Shown: in pieces, positions 26,501 through 35,575 of the stretch | Position numbering within the stretch: position 1 is the first letter of the stretch | Layout of the letters: each line of letters opens with the position of its first letter | Source of the DNA: a virus | Taxonomy: Duplodnaviria > Caudoviricetes | Reading direction: 5' to 3' (one strand) | DNA: 51,755 nt | Virus record (IMG/VR): IMGVR_UViG_3300042434_000548 | Location: 1-51,755 of that record | Notes under the pieces: generated by a model | Seen by the model: the letters and a program-made list of their open reading frames with translations, nothing else | Told to the model about the DNA's origin: nothing | The model's database searches: none | Program-made: the position numbers and the translations under genes

Positions 26501-27545
26501 CGTCGCGTTCATTAGCGGCGACTGGAACACACAGGTAGACCCACCTGAGGCTAACGGGTGCGCGTATTACCGTCAGGTGCTTCCGTGTCGGCTGCTACAG
26601 GCGCAGGGGTTTGATGCGATGGTGGGGCAGCCGCGTCCCCATGACCCTATGGGGATTGGGTTAGCGAAGGATGACGGTGCCCTATTCGGGTTCGACGTTA
26701 ACGTTTACAAACTTATGATGCACGCGAGTGTGCCACAACTGTTTAACGTCATGCAGGCCAAAGGTCAGACAGTCGCGGTAGACATAGACGATTTCCATTT
26801 CGATCTGCATAAAGAGAACGTTGCGTATGCGGCGACTAACCCGCACACGAACCCGACGAATAACCGCATGTGGTATGAGATCGGGATACGGCAGGCAGAT
26901 TTCGTTACGGTGTCTACGGCGTTCCTCGCGGATTTCTACGGGCGCAGGTGTCGGGATGTTCGTTTGGTTCGTAACGCTGTGGAGACTGACAGGTTCACTC
27001 CCGTGCAGCAGCCTGAGTCGCCTACGTTCGGATGGTTGGGTGGCACGCTGTGGCGGTCAGGGGATATCGAAATGTTGCGGGACTGGTTGCCCGATTTCGC
27101 GAAGACACACGGAATCCGTGTACATCATGCGGGGCACATCCCCGGTGACCCCCGGCATTTTGCCGTGCGCGCGGGACTGGCGCGGGTGGATACCGGACCC
27201 ATGCAAACCATTAGCAATGTGCCTCAGATGATGCACTCGTTTCATGTGGGGCTTGTGCCGCTCGCGCCGGGGGCGTTTAACGAAGCGAAGTCGTACCTGA
27301 AAGGGCTTGAGTATGCGGCGGCGGGTATCCCGTTCATCGCCACGCCCACAGAGGAATACAGGGTGCTAGCGGCGTCGGGGGTGGGGAGGCTAGCGTCTAC
27401 CCCGGCTGAGTGGCGCGACCACGCTACGGCCCTCCTAGACCCGTCTACGCGTATCGCGGAGGCGAAGCGCAACCGGGAGATCGTGCAGGAACAATTCGAT
27501 ATCAAAGGGATGGGGGAGGCATGGGCTACCGCGATCACTTCCTAA
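26484..27545 (+). CDS. GT-B (GT4-like) glycosyltransferase
   Basis: YYRQVLP, DIDD, ADFVTVST..LA, VRNAV, GLVPL...FNEAKSYLKGLEYAAAGIPFIA. Confidence 0.9.
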   Translation: MDDSPSVAFISGDWNTQVDPPEANGCAYYRQVLPCRLLQAQGFDAMVGQPRPHDPMGIGLAKDDGALFGFDVNVYKLMMHASVPQLFNVMQAKGQTVAVDIDDFHFDLHKENVAYAATNPHTNPTNNRMWYEIGIRQADFVTVSTAFLADFYGRRCRDVRLVRNAVETDRFTPVQQPESPTFGWLGGTLWRSGDIEMLRDWLPDFAKTHGIRVHHAGHIPGDPRHFAVRAGLARVDTGPMQTISNVPQMMHSFHVGLVPLAPGAFNEAKSYLKGLEYAAAGIPFIATPTEEYRVLAASGVGRLASTPAEWRDHATALLDPSTRIAEAKRNREIVQEQFDIKGMGEAWATAITS

Positions 27546-28126
27546 ACCACGCAGGCTGCATTGCGGTGCAGAATGAAGCGACGATACATGCACTAGACCG
27601 CAGTATCCCGATGCGCTCCCTCGCGATGCTACTCATCGGCATAGGTAACGGTGGGGCGGTGGAAATCTGGCGCAACGCTCTCCCAGACGGCTCAAGTGTT
27701 ACCGCGCTAGATGGTGACCCTGCCGCTGCCGCGCTCCCCGGACTAGGCGTTATCGGATGCGATACGAAAGACCGTATCGCCATGAGACACGCACTCAAGG
27801 GTCAATGGTTCGATGTAGTCATTGACAGCACGGGCACGATGCAGCCGTACGCGTGGCCTTTCCTGCGCCCCGGTGGGATTCTCATTTATGAAGGATATGT
27901 TCCAGAAATGATAATGATGCTGGCACGCGACCTGGCACTAGGTGACGATTCGTGGCTGCCCATCGAAGAGGTCATGCGCGTAGATGTGTACCAGCCGTGT
28001 GCGGTCGTGGAGAAACGGAACCCTAGGGTTGTGCCCTACCTTGACGTAATGACCGGGAATTTCGCGGACGTTACCCCGGAGAGTGTGTATTACGCGGCGG
28101 GGGCGAAGCGCGTTATCCCCGCGTAG
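27521..28126 (+). CDS. Class I SAM methyltransferase-like protein (possibly degenerate)
   Basis: LLIGIGNGGAVEIW, VTALD, FDVVID, PFLRPGGILIYE. Confidence 0.65.
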   Translation: MGYRDHFLNHAGCIAVQNEATIHALDRSIPMRSLAMLLIGIGNGGAVEIWRNALPDGSSVTALDGDPAAAALPGLGVIGCDTKDRIAMRHALKGQWFDVVIDSTGTMQPYAWPFLRPGGILIYEGYVPEMIMMLARDLALGDDSWLPIEEVMRVDVYQPCAVVEKRNPRVVPYLDVMTGNFADVTPESVYYAAGAKRVIPA

Positions 28127-28135
28127 ACTAGGAAC

Positions 28136-28675
28136 GTGGCGAACTACTGGCGTAAGCGTGCCTATCAGCAATCCGCAACGGAACCGGATGGGCTGTCGAA
28201 GCGTGGGCTTGTTTATTTGATGAGCGAGTTTTTCCAGGTGGGCGCTAACGCTAGCGTGTATTTCGCCCTAGACACGAACGGCAAAGAGGTCGAATTTCAG
28301 TTCTATGAGATCAGTAGTAATCAGTCTGAGATTCGCGCGTCCCTGATCGAAGACCCCGCGACGGTGACGCAATACAACTACATCACGCCACGGAACCTGA
28401 ACCGAAAGTTTCCCGATAGTGCTACGGCGTCGTTGTCTGCTGCGAGCGCGGTTACGGGCGGGACGGTAGTGGCGACGGAACTGCTGGGCAGTACGACTAA
28501 GGCGGGTGGGGAGATCACATCGCAGAAAATCCATACGCTGCGCGACGGCACGGTTTACGTTATGCGGTTCGTTAATGTGTCGAATCAGGCAACGACCTGT
28601 CACATGAATCTTGGTTGGTCGGAGAATGATCCTGCGGTGTTCCGTTTGATTGACCCGGTAGACCCCGCTTCCTAG
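28136..28675 (+). CDS. Hypothetical protein, probably beta-rich/structural (leaderless)
   Basis: TAGACT-N6-GTG; 179-aa ORF. Confidence 0.7.
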   Translation: MANYWRKRAYQQSATEPDGLSKRGLVYLMSEFFQVGANASVYFALDTNGKEVEFQFYEISSNQSEIRASLIEDPATVTQYNYITPRNLNRKFPDSATASLSAASAVTGGTVVATELLGSTTKAGGEITSQKIHTLRDGTVYVMRFVNVSNQATTCHMNLGWSENDPAVFRLIDPVDPAS

Positions 28676-28884
28676 GCTCTCGCGGCCTTGCTGTACTCCC
28701 CGTACTCCCGCATTTCGTCAATCGTGAGGGAATCCAACAACGCGTAAAAGCGAACCTTGTCGCTCTCATAGGATTTGGTTGCACGCTCCCGCTCCCAATT
28801 CGTCGGCGCGAGGGCGCGTGCCGCGCCAGAAACACGGAGCGCGTTTTCTAGGTTCAGCATCTTGTCGAACTTCCGGGTGTCCAT
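28672..28884 (-). CDS. Hypothetical protein, paralog of 36069-36269
   Basis: MDTRKF...LENALR.S...LDSLT.DEM..Y; GAGAGG RBS. Confidence 0.75.
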   Translation of the reverse strand: MDTRKFDKMLNLENALRVSGAARALAPTNWERERATKSYESDKVRFYALLDSLTIDEMREYGEYSKAARA

Positions 28885-28915
28885 CGTGGCTATCCTCTCG
28901 CGTCCTGCTGCGCCC

Positions 28916-29311
28916 CTAGGCGGGGACGCAGCCCTTGCCCTCGCATCCGTAGCAGACGTAGCCGGGCCACGCCTGCGACCCGCCTGCGCCGCCACAGCGA
29001 CCGCATGAGCGCATCCCCTGCGCTGCCCACTCTGCTTCCTTGGCTGCCCAATGCGCTGCGCGCTCGCGCTGTTCGTCTGTGACCTCAGGGCGCGGGGCGC
29101 GACGGGCGGAGATCATTTCGCGTGCCTCACGGCGGCGGTAGCGGTCGCACGCGTAGGTGTGGATGACGATGCTTTCACCGTCGATCTCATACTCACTCGC
29201 GCCGCTGATCGGCTCTGAGCAATACACGGCGCGTCGATCTAGCACGCCTGCGTGAGCGTCCACGGCGGTGCCACACGCGGTGCAGATTCCGGGGTAGCGG
29301 TTCGTTGTCAT
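28916..29311 (-). CDS. Zn-finger protein (DnaJ-like CxxCxGxG repeats)
   Basis: NRYPGICTACG; CGRCGGAG...CYGCEGKG. Confidence 0.75.
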   Translation of the reverse strand: MTTNRYPGICTACGTAVDAHAGVLDRRAVYCSEPISGASEYEIDGESIVIHTYACDRYRRREAREMISARRAPRPEVTDEQRERAAHWAAKEAEWAAQGMRSCGRCGGAGGSQAWPGYVCYGCEGKGCVPA

Positions 29312-29526
29312 CACTTGCCCCCAATCGCGTCGCGTCCAGCGGCGGTCAGGTTCCAACCGCTCTCGCTAGCCCATTCGATCAGGCCACGGGCAGACAGTTT
29401 CTCCGTCATCTGCCACGCGACGCCATGACCGATCCAGTAGGTGCAGCAGCCGCCTGCCGCGACTGTGTTTGCGTCAATAACGCGCAGCGCGTCAATCGCC
29501 TTGCGGGTCAGTTTCGTTTCGCTCAT
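29311..29526 (-). CDS. Small winged-helix-like protein (leaderless)
   Basis: KLSARGLIE.....WNLTAAGRDA; start at +1 of promoter copy 4. Confidence 0.7.
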   Translation of the reverse strand: MSETKLTRKAIDALRVIDANTVAAGGCCTYWIGHGVAWQMTEKLSARGLIEWASESGWNLTAAGRDAIGGK

Positions 29527-29532
29527 GGGTCT

Positions 29533-29561
29533 AGTTAAACAGCCTGAGGCTGTACCGTCAA
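29533..29561 (-). promoter_or_regulatory. Promoter with perfect palindromic operator, copy 4
   Basis: TTGACG-gtACAGCCTCAGGCTGT-TTAACT-N6-ATG. Confidence 0.85.
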
Positions 29562-29624
29562 GCCCAAATCGGGGGATTCCTAAAAGTTTCCGTTATGTCC
29601 GTTTTCCCGCGAGGGGTAGAAACG

Positions 29625-29660
29625 AGAAAGCCCCCGCCTCAGGGGGATAAGGCGGGGACT
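29625..29660 (-). terminator. Intrinsic terminator
   Basis: AGTCCCCGCCT...AGGCGGGGGCT followed by TTCTCG on the minus strand. Confidence 0.7.
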
Positions 29661-29760
29661 CTCTCTGACCCTTTTGGAGACTTACTAGCGGCGCTCCGTG
29701 GTACCGCACTCATAGTCAAGCAGACCCGCTAACCCCACGCAAGGGCTACCCGTCAGTAAC

Positions 29761-30117
29761 TTACGACTCGTGCCACGGGCAATACACGACGACAGCAGCA
29801 GCCACAAGCGCAGCCGCCTCACGCTCCGTAAACCCCGAATCCACCGCGACCAACGCTAGAACAGCCTTGTCATACCCGTCATCTAGCGCGCCACAAATCG
29901 ACCTGCCTACTTCGATGCTGGTTTCCCGGCTAGCCCTGATCCCCTCAGACGCAAGCAGCGACAGGTACAGGTCATCGTCATCCGTCGCGCGCTCAGGCGC
30001 GGGAACTGGCGCGGGTGCCTCTTCCGTTACCGTGACGGTTGCCTGCGGGACAGCAGCGGGACGCACGCACCCCGAAACGACGAACGCGACGATAGCAAGT
30101 GCAATCAGATACTTCAT
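29761..30117 (-). CDS. DUF732-domain lipoprotein
   Basis: Signal peptide with lipobox VSGC; DDLYLSLL...GRSICGALDDG...AAVVVYCP. Confidence 0.85.
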   Translation of the reverse strand: MKYLIALAIVAFVVSGCVRPAAVPQATVTVTEEAPAPVPAPERATDDDDLYLSLLASEGIRASRETSIEVGRSICGALDDGYDKAVLALVAVDSGFTEREAAALVAAAVVVYCPWHES

Positions 30118-30125
30118 GGTTATCC

Positions 30126-31136
30126 TCACAGGTTCAGCCATTGCGGGTGATCCAACGTCCACCGCACGGTACGTTCCAACGATTGTTCTAGTGATAGGGG
30201 CGCTTTCCATCCGGCATCGCTGATCTTCGACCCGTCAAGCGCGTACCTGAGATCGTGACCGGGGCGGGAGGAATGGAAATCTACGAGGTCATAGCGCAGC
30301 GGTTTGCCTAGACAGTCAGCGACCATCTGCGCCATTTCCAGATTCGTTACTTCCCGCTCTCCGACAACGTGCCATTTCGCCGGGGTGGGAGATTCCCAGA
30401 ATGTCGGGGCGTCCTGCGTGAGCGCGAACAGCAACGCGTCAGCCTGATTCCTCGCGTGCAGGTAGAACCGGGAACCGATCACGCCTTCCGGGGATGCGTG
30501 GATGGGGACAGGCTCTCCCGCGATCACGCGTTGCATCACCATCGGCACGAACTTTTCGGGGTCTTGCATTTCCCCAATAATGTTCATCGTGTTCGTGATC
30601 ACTAGCGGCATATCGTATGTACGCCAGTACGCGTAACCGATAGACTCTTGCGCCGCTTTAGACGCGCTATACGGGTTCGATGGTAGGTACTGATCGGTCC
30701 ACTCTTTGTGTGCGTGGCCCGGTGCTGCTGGCCCGTACACTTCATCGGTCGAAACATGCAGGATGCGTTTAATGTCGCGGCGTCGCGCAAACTCGAAAAC
30801 GTTAACCGCTAGGGATACGTTGTTTTCGATGAACGGCGCAGGGTGCGTTATCGACCTGTCCACATGGGAGTCAGATGCGACGTTCAGAATGTAGTCAATC
30901 TCCCCGATTTCATAGTTCAGTACGCTGCTGAACGGCGCGGTGAGGTCGTGCGTGATCACGGTTACCCGCTGATAGTCGTCGTCCAACCCGGCTACGGCGT
31001 ACCGGATGCGGTCTGTGATGCCGCGATGCCGGAACGAGACAAGGCACACGATCTCATCGTTCGTGTTTGTCAGTAGGTGTCTGAGAACGTGGGAGCCGAC
31101 GAACCCGCTAGCCCCTGTCAGTAGTACCCGTGCCAC
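30126..31136 (-). CDS. rmlB: dTDP-glucose 4,6-dehydratase-like NDP-sugar dehydratase
   Basis: LTGASGFVGS, SHVDRSI..P..F, STDEVYG, PSNPYSASKA, RPGHDLRYA. Confidence 0.85.
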   Translation of the reverse strand: MARVLLTGASGFVGSHVLRHLLTNTNDEIVCLVSFRHRGITDRIRYAVAGLDDDYQRVTVITHDLTAPFSSVLNYEIGEIDYILNVASDSHVDRSITHPAPFIENNVSLAVNVFEFARRRDIKRILHVSTDEVYGPAAPGHAHKEWTDQYLPSNPYSASKAAQESIGYAYWRTYDMPLVITNTMNIIGEMQDPEKFVPMVMQRVIAGEPVPIHASPEGVIGSRFYLHARNQADALLFALTQDAPTFWESPTPAKWHVVGEREVTNLEMAQMVADCLGKPLRYDLVDFHSSRPGHDLRYALDGSKISDAGWKAPLSLEQSLERTVRWTLDHPQWLNL

Positions 31137-31149
31137 GGGCTGCCCCTTC

Positions 31150-32700
31150 CTAAATCCATTCGCTCTGCTGTGTGATGCTCAATGGCGGCGCAATGCCGTA
31201 ACTGCGTGTCGGCGGTTCGAACATCGCTAACAATACGGCTTCCGCGCGGTCGGGAGAGTTAACGCCGCGCCGCTTCATATCGGCTTTCGATTCGATCTGC
31301 AAACGACCGGAAGCGTTAGCGCGGTAGGTGGGTGCCGCTAACTGTGCAATCACCTTCCGGTCTACGGCTAGCGTGCAATCCTGTTCCCCATCGCCGTCAG
31401 GTTGCAGCAGCGTCCGCAGATTCCACCACATTTCGGCGCGCTGGTTCGCGAACTTCTCCGAATCGTAGGCACGTTCTGCGACGTTCACGGCGACTATATC
31501 TGCGCTGTGTCTGCCTTCCTTGCCCCACTCTTGCAGCAGACTGGTCACGCCCCATCCGACGCCGATAGCGTCGATCTTCACGCGCACTTTCTCTGCGATG
31601 CCGCGTTCAGCGTGGGACGTTTGCGCGCGGTGGATGTGTTCCAGCACGGTCCCCGCAACCGCAACAGCGTTATCGTTATTCGTGGATGTGTGAACGATGT
31701 GCGTGCAGAGCCCGTCTGCCCGTGCGATAACGAACTCGTCGCCACCATCGGCAGCAACGTCCACACCCAACCGCACCCTGCCTTCATCGGGAACGCTGTC
31801 AATGACAGCACTCTCCACCCAATCGACGGGAATGGTTGCGTTAGTGGTTGTGCGGGGGAAGCGCGCGAGTACACGCGCCTGAACGAACGGCGCATCCGGC
31901 CCGAACTCTTTAATAACGTCGTTCACCCAATCGGGACTGACAAGATTTTTCGCCCAATCGCCCACGACTTCACCCGTGAAATTAGGTGTCGAATACGCGT
32001 CAATCGGGATCACGTTGTACAGGTCGCTATTACAGGCACGTTCGAACCATGAACCTGTCTGATCTGTCGGCGGGTTACCCAACAACAGCAGGCGTGTATG
32101 CCCACCCGTCATAAGGGCTTCGATAGCGTTACCGATGATCTGCGAGATACCGCCTGCCTCGTCCACCACGATAAGCAAATGTTCCGCGTGGATACCCTGC
32201 ACAGCGGCTTCATTATGGTCGGCGGCAGAGAAACCGTCAGCGATAACGATATCGTCTATCTTCCACTCCGTTGTCAGCACTTCACCGGGAAGGTTGTGTG
32301 CGGCGTGGAGTCTGCGAATGTGGGGCCACAGAATCCCGCGCACCTGACGGAACGTGGAAGCCGTCGTAACGACGCGCACTTTGTCGGCGGGATGCACCGC
32401 GACCCACCACGCGATAGCGCGCGCAGCAATGTGTGACTTTCCGGGGGAGTGGCAGGCGGGGACGGCGGTGCGTTTGTTGTCCCGCACGGAGTTCAGAATT
32501 TCTACCTGCTTGCTCCACACGGATTCGCCTAGCCCATCGGTCACGAACTTTACGGGATCGTTCCGGTACGGCAACCAGCGCGGGTCCACGCCTTGATGAA
32601 TTACATTCCGCAATGCTAGTAACTGTTCGCGGTCTAGTTGCATGAGAGCGGCTGCACGCTTGTCACGCGGAGCCGCTAACAGAATGTCGTTAGGATTCAT
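31150..32700 (-). CDS. terL: Terminase large subunit
   Basis: Walker A CHSPGKS, Walker B IVVDEA, GNP, nuclease GVDVAADGGD, IDAIGVG, SPDRAEA. Confidence 0.95.
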   Translation of the reverse strand: MNPNDILLAAPRDKRAAALMQLDREQLLALRNVIHQGVDPRWLPYRNDPVKFVTDGLGESVWSKQVEILNSVRDNKRTAVPACHSPGKSHIAARAIAWWVAVHPADKVRVVTTASTFRQVRGILWPHIRRLHAAHNLPGEVLTTEWKIDDIVIADGFSAADHNEAAVQGIHAEHLLIVVDEAGGISQIIGNAIEALMTGGHTRLLLLGNPPTDQTGSWFERACNSDLYNVIPIDAYSTPNFTGEVVGDWAKNLVSPDWVNDVIKEFGPDAPFVQARVLARFPRTTTNATIPVDWVESAVIDSVPDEGRVRLGVDVAADGGDEFVIARADGLCTHIVHTSTNNDNAVAVAGTVLEHIHRAQTSHAERGIAEKVRVKIDAIGVGWGVTSLLQEWGKEGRHSADIVAVNVAERAYDSEKFANQRAEMWWNLRTLLQPDGDGEQDCTLAVDRKVIAQLAAPTYRANASGRLQIESKADMKRRGVNSPDRAEAVLLAMFEPPTRSYGIAPPLSITQQSEWI

Positions 32701-33160
32701 CCTCGTTATCGTCCATCGCCTCTAGCACGGACAGCAATTCGTTAACGAGTTCCTGCTTCGATACTTCCACCTGAACGGGACCGTTATCGGGTCCGGTGAT
32801 TTCGGTTCGCATGTGCCTGCCGAAAAATGCGGGGGCGGTGCGTTCCAGATACCACGCGGCTGCCTGCCAGTTTTTCGGCGCTGCATCTTGGATCATTTGC
32901 AGGTTCGTGGTGATTGCCTCTGACCGGGCGCGGTCTACGTCCATCATAAAATCTAGGTAACGCTGCTGCATTTCGTCTAGTTCCTCGCCTGCTTCCTGTA
33001 TAGCAAGGGCGGCTTCACCTTTGCGCAACCATTCATAGATTGTGCTGCGTGCGATGCCTGCTGTGGATGCGGCGTGTTCGACGTAGTTCCCTAGGCGCAA
33101 ACTCTGAACAATGTGTGCGTGAACTTCCGGCGTTAGCCGGGGCTTGTGTGGGCGCGCCAT
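32690..33160 (-). CDS. terS: Terminase small subunit
   Basis: HTH (AGIARSTIYEW), WQAAAWYLER, EITGPDNGPVQV; upstream of terL. Confidence 0.85.
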   Translation of the reverse strand: MARPHKPRLTPEVHAHIVQSLRLGNYVEHAASTAGIARSTIYEWLRKGEAALAIQEAGEELDEMQQRYLDFMMDVDRARSEAITTNLQMIQDAAPKNWQAAAWYLERTAPAFFGRHMRTEITGPDNGPVQVEVSKQELVNELLSVLEAMDDNEDES

Positions 33161-33215
33161 AGCAACTACTCCTAACGGTCGGGGGATTGTGGCCCACGCA
33201 CAGCATAACGCATGG

Positions 33216-33452
33216 CTAGTAGTCGCCGCGTGCTACGCCTGTTGCGTGCGCTGCGTGTATCCAAATGTCGGGGCGCTCTTTCTGCCCGTCCTCATAGTTG
33301 AGAAAGTCGATACGAACCCAACGTGACTCTAGGTGTCCTGCAAGATCAGCGATAGCGTTAGCAGCGTCCTCGCGTCCTTTGCGGTAGCCCTCTATTGCGC
33401 CGCGTTCATACGCCTCGTCTACGACTCTGTAAATGTCCTGTTCGCTAGCCAT
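33216..33452 (-). CDS. Hypothetical protein
   Basis: GGGAGG RBS; AYERG..EGY.KG motif. Confidence 0.65.
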   Translation of the reverse strand: MASEQDIYRVVDEAYERGAIEGYRKGREDAANAIADLAGHLESRWVRIDFLNYEDGQKERPDIWIHAAHATGVARGDY

Positions 33453-33585
33453 TGTGTTTCCCTCCCTTCATATATTTGGTTAGACAATCTTTCGAACAGA
33501 AATCCAACATTTCGTCATGCACGCGGAAGATCGTCAACATGGAGTTACGCGGTAGTTCCTTCCGGCACATGCGACACGACAGCAT
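33445..33585 (-). CDS. TRASH/YHS-like zinc finger (46 aa; not in track)
   Basis: CRMCRK...FCSKDCL; TAATG coupling. Confidence 0.7.
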   Translation of the reverse strand: MLSCRMCRKELPRNSMLTIFRVHDEMLDFCSKDCLTKYMKGGKHNG

Positions 33586-33881
33586 TAGTCGGCGTCCTCC
33601 GGGGTGACCCGGAAATCTTTAACGTCCATGATGACGCGCCACAAATAGTCTGCCGATTCTCGGCTAGGCGCGTACTCCGCGAACCAAGTCATGCGCTCCA
33701 CGAACTTGTTACGCATCGTGTCGGCACCATGAATAAAACTGTTACGGCGTACTAGGTCGTACTGTGTCGGTGCCCCACCGGGGACCGTTATTGACGGGGT
33801 AGGTATCGCGTTGTCCGATCCTGATAACACAAAGTTCGCACCGCGCATCACCCAATCGGATAGACGATTTGTATTGCTCAT
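33585..33881 (-). CDS. Hypothetical protein (start uncertain)
   Basis: Stop is coupled to the next gene; 5' part overlaps 33742-34053. Confidence 0.4.
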   Translation of the reverse strand: MSNTNRLSDWVMRGANFVLSGSDNAIPTPSITVPGGAPTQYDLVRRNSFIHGADTMRNKFVERMTWFAEYAPSRESADYLWRVIMDVKDFRVTPEDAD

Positions 33882-34053
33882 GTGCCCTCGCAACAATCCA
33901 TGCTTCCGCTTCCGTATCGGCGTTGCCGTGATTTTGGCAATCGTCGCAGTACCAGTACCAGCCTGCGAGCGTGCAACCTGACTGTTCCACGCTGTGACGG
34001 ATGATCTGTTCGAAAAGTTGCCGCGCTCGCGCGCGATGCTCTGCGTCATTCAT
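33742..34053 (-). CDS. Hypothetical Zn-binding protein
   Basis: WYCDDCQNHG...A..H...C; ATGA coupling. Confidence 0.6.
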   Translation of the reverse strand: MNDAEHRARARQLFEQIIRHSVEQSGCTLAGWYWYCDDCQNHGNADTEAEAWIVARAHEQYKSSIRLGDARCELCVIRIGQRDTYPVNNGPRWGTDTVRPSTP

Positions 34054-34541
34054 CGCTTAACGCACTTGTGCGGGAACGACTGGTAGTAACGTTCGTAGGG
34101 CACCCATATCCAATTCGTGATCTGCCATTGCGACCACGGGTATTGCGTTGCGTCTACGCCGCGACCATTAGGGGTCAAGCCCCACGGCTGCCACCATCGC
34201 CCCTTGTTTGTCATATGGAGATAGACGATGCGCGCCTGACGCGCCGGGTTCAGCATCGCGGCACGGGACCACCACCACTTGTGAGAATGTGCGGAGGTCT
34301 GTATCTGAAAAATACCTAACGCACCGCTGAACCACGGGCTGCTTTCGGAAAGGTTCTGACCCTTGGATTCGCGCATGACAACCCCGTACGCGATGCGTAA
34401 CGGGTGACCCTTAAAGCCTGCGTCTTGCAGAATCTTGACGACGCGGCACTCTCCCGCTTCCGCGCGAGCGGCTAGCGGAAACCCAATAAGGATTCCCGCC
34501 AGCACGCCCACAACGAGTGCGTAGAGAGCGGCGCGCTTCAC
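34050..34541 (-). CDS. Secreted lytic transglycosylase (SLT/lysozyme-like)
   Basis: Signal peptide; RES catalytic motif, GALGIFQI, LNP..QAR, WWQPW. Confidence 0.8.
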   Translation of the reverse strand: MKRAALYALVVGVLAGILIGFPLAARAEAGECRVVKILQDAGFKGHPLRIAYGVVMRESKGQNLSESSPWFSGALGIFQIQTSAHSHKWWWSRAAMLNPARQARIVYLHMTNKGRWWQPWGLTPNGRGVDATQYPWSQWQITNWIWVPYERYYQSFPHKCVKR

Positions 34542-34825
34542 TTACTTCGCCGTTCTCGCAAAGCCTCCACATCGGCGCGATTAAAGATTGTCCTGCGTCC
34601 CCGCTTTCCGACAGGAATAATCTGCCCCTTATGCACCATCTGACGGAGATTATTTGCCGTGACCCCTAGGATCGCAGCCGCTTCCACACTATCGACCTGA
34701 GCGTCAGTCGGCGCGGCGTTCTGCACGGGTGCCGGGGCAACCGCGTCTGCTACGGCGTGCGTGATCTGATCCCGCAGATTCGGGCTATCCACAAAAGCGA
34801 CTGACGGAAACTCGTTACTCATCAT
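34538..34825 (-). CDS. HTH DNA-binding protein (excisionase/MerR-like)
   Basis: VDSVEAAAILGVTANNLRQMVHKG....F.RADVEAL. Confidence 0.85.
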   Translation of the reverse strand: MMSNEFPSVAFVDSPNLRDQITHAVADAVAPAPVQNAAPTDAQVDSVEAAAILGVTANNLRQMVHKGQIIPVGKRGRRTIFNRADVEALRERRSK

Positions 34826-35205
34826 TACCACGGTGCCCTCTCCGATTCGTTAGATGCTGCTGTCTTAGTTGGGTTTTCGATTTTGGGGACGATGCCGACT
34901 GAATCCGCACGAACCTCCGCGCCCGTGCGCTTTTGCCCATCCTTTTCGTAGGTGCGCATTTCCACAACACCTGTAACGGTAACGCGGTCGCCTTCCTTAA
35001 CGGTATCTGCTACCGCTTCGCCCTGCTTGCCCCACACGCTGACGCGATACCACGACGGTTCGCCGCGCTTCGCACCTTCAGGACCGCGCTTAAACGGAGT
35101 CACCTTCACAACGAGCGTCGCGACAGCATCGCCACCATTCATAAACCGAATCTCAGGGTCTTTATGCACAAACCCCGTAAACCCGATTTGGGCTTCACCA
35201 GCCAT
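34825..35205 (-). CDS. ssb: Single-stranded DNA-binding protein
   Basis: DPEIRF..GG..VA, WYRVSVWGKQGE.V...VKEGDRVTVTG...RTYEKDG. Confidence 0.92.
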   Translation of the reverse strand: MAGEAQIGFTGFVHKDPEIRFMNGGDAVATLVVKVTPFKRGPEGAKRGEPSWYRVSVWGKQGEAVADTVKEGDRVTVTGVVEMRTYEKDGQKRTGAEVRADSVGIVPKIENPTKTAASNESERAPW

Positions 35206-35554
35206 GTTCTCTACCTTCCACTATTCGTGTTCCTCCGTCGTCGTCCAACAGGACACGGGAGCCATTAGGGGTTGTCATGGGCCATTCGCTAGGGTCAGCC
35301 CACGACGGCACAAGCCACCCATTTTCGTAACTGTCACGCGGGTTTTGATGCACGGATTCGGGCGCGATGTTGTGGCACGGGGAGCAAAGCGCAATCAGGT
35401 TAGATAACGCATCTTTGCCGCCGTGCTTCCGCAACTTCCGGTGATGAACTGCAACGGAATCGTAAAGGTGCTTCCCGCATTTTTGACACACGCGATCACG
35501 GTCGAATACGGCTTGCCGCATTTCGGGTTTCATAGCCTGCCACCGATCAGCCAC
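35195..35554 (-). CDS. HNH endonuclease
   Basis: CQKCG...HHRK...GG....NLIALCSPCHN. Confidence 0.9.
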   Translation of the reverse strand: MADRWQAMKPEMRQAVFDRDRVCQKCGKHLYDSVAVHHRKLRKHGGKDALSNLIALCSPCHNIAPESVHQNPRDSYENGWLVPSWADPSEWPMTTPNGSRVLLDDDGGTRIVEGREHGW

Positions 35555-35575
35555 ATCACGGGCCGAAAGATTACG

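Noticed and set aside
34538-34825. Excisionase-like HTH as evidence of lysogeny
   Set aside because: No integrase or attP was recognised; this HTH family is common in lytic phages.
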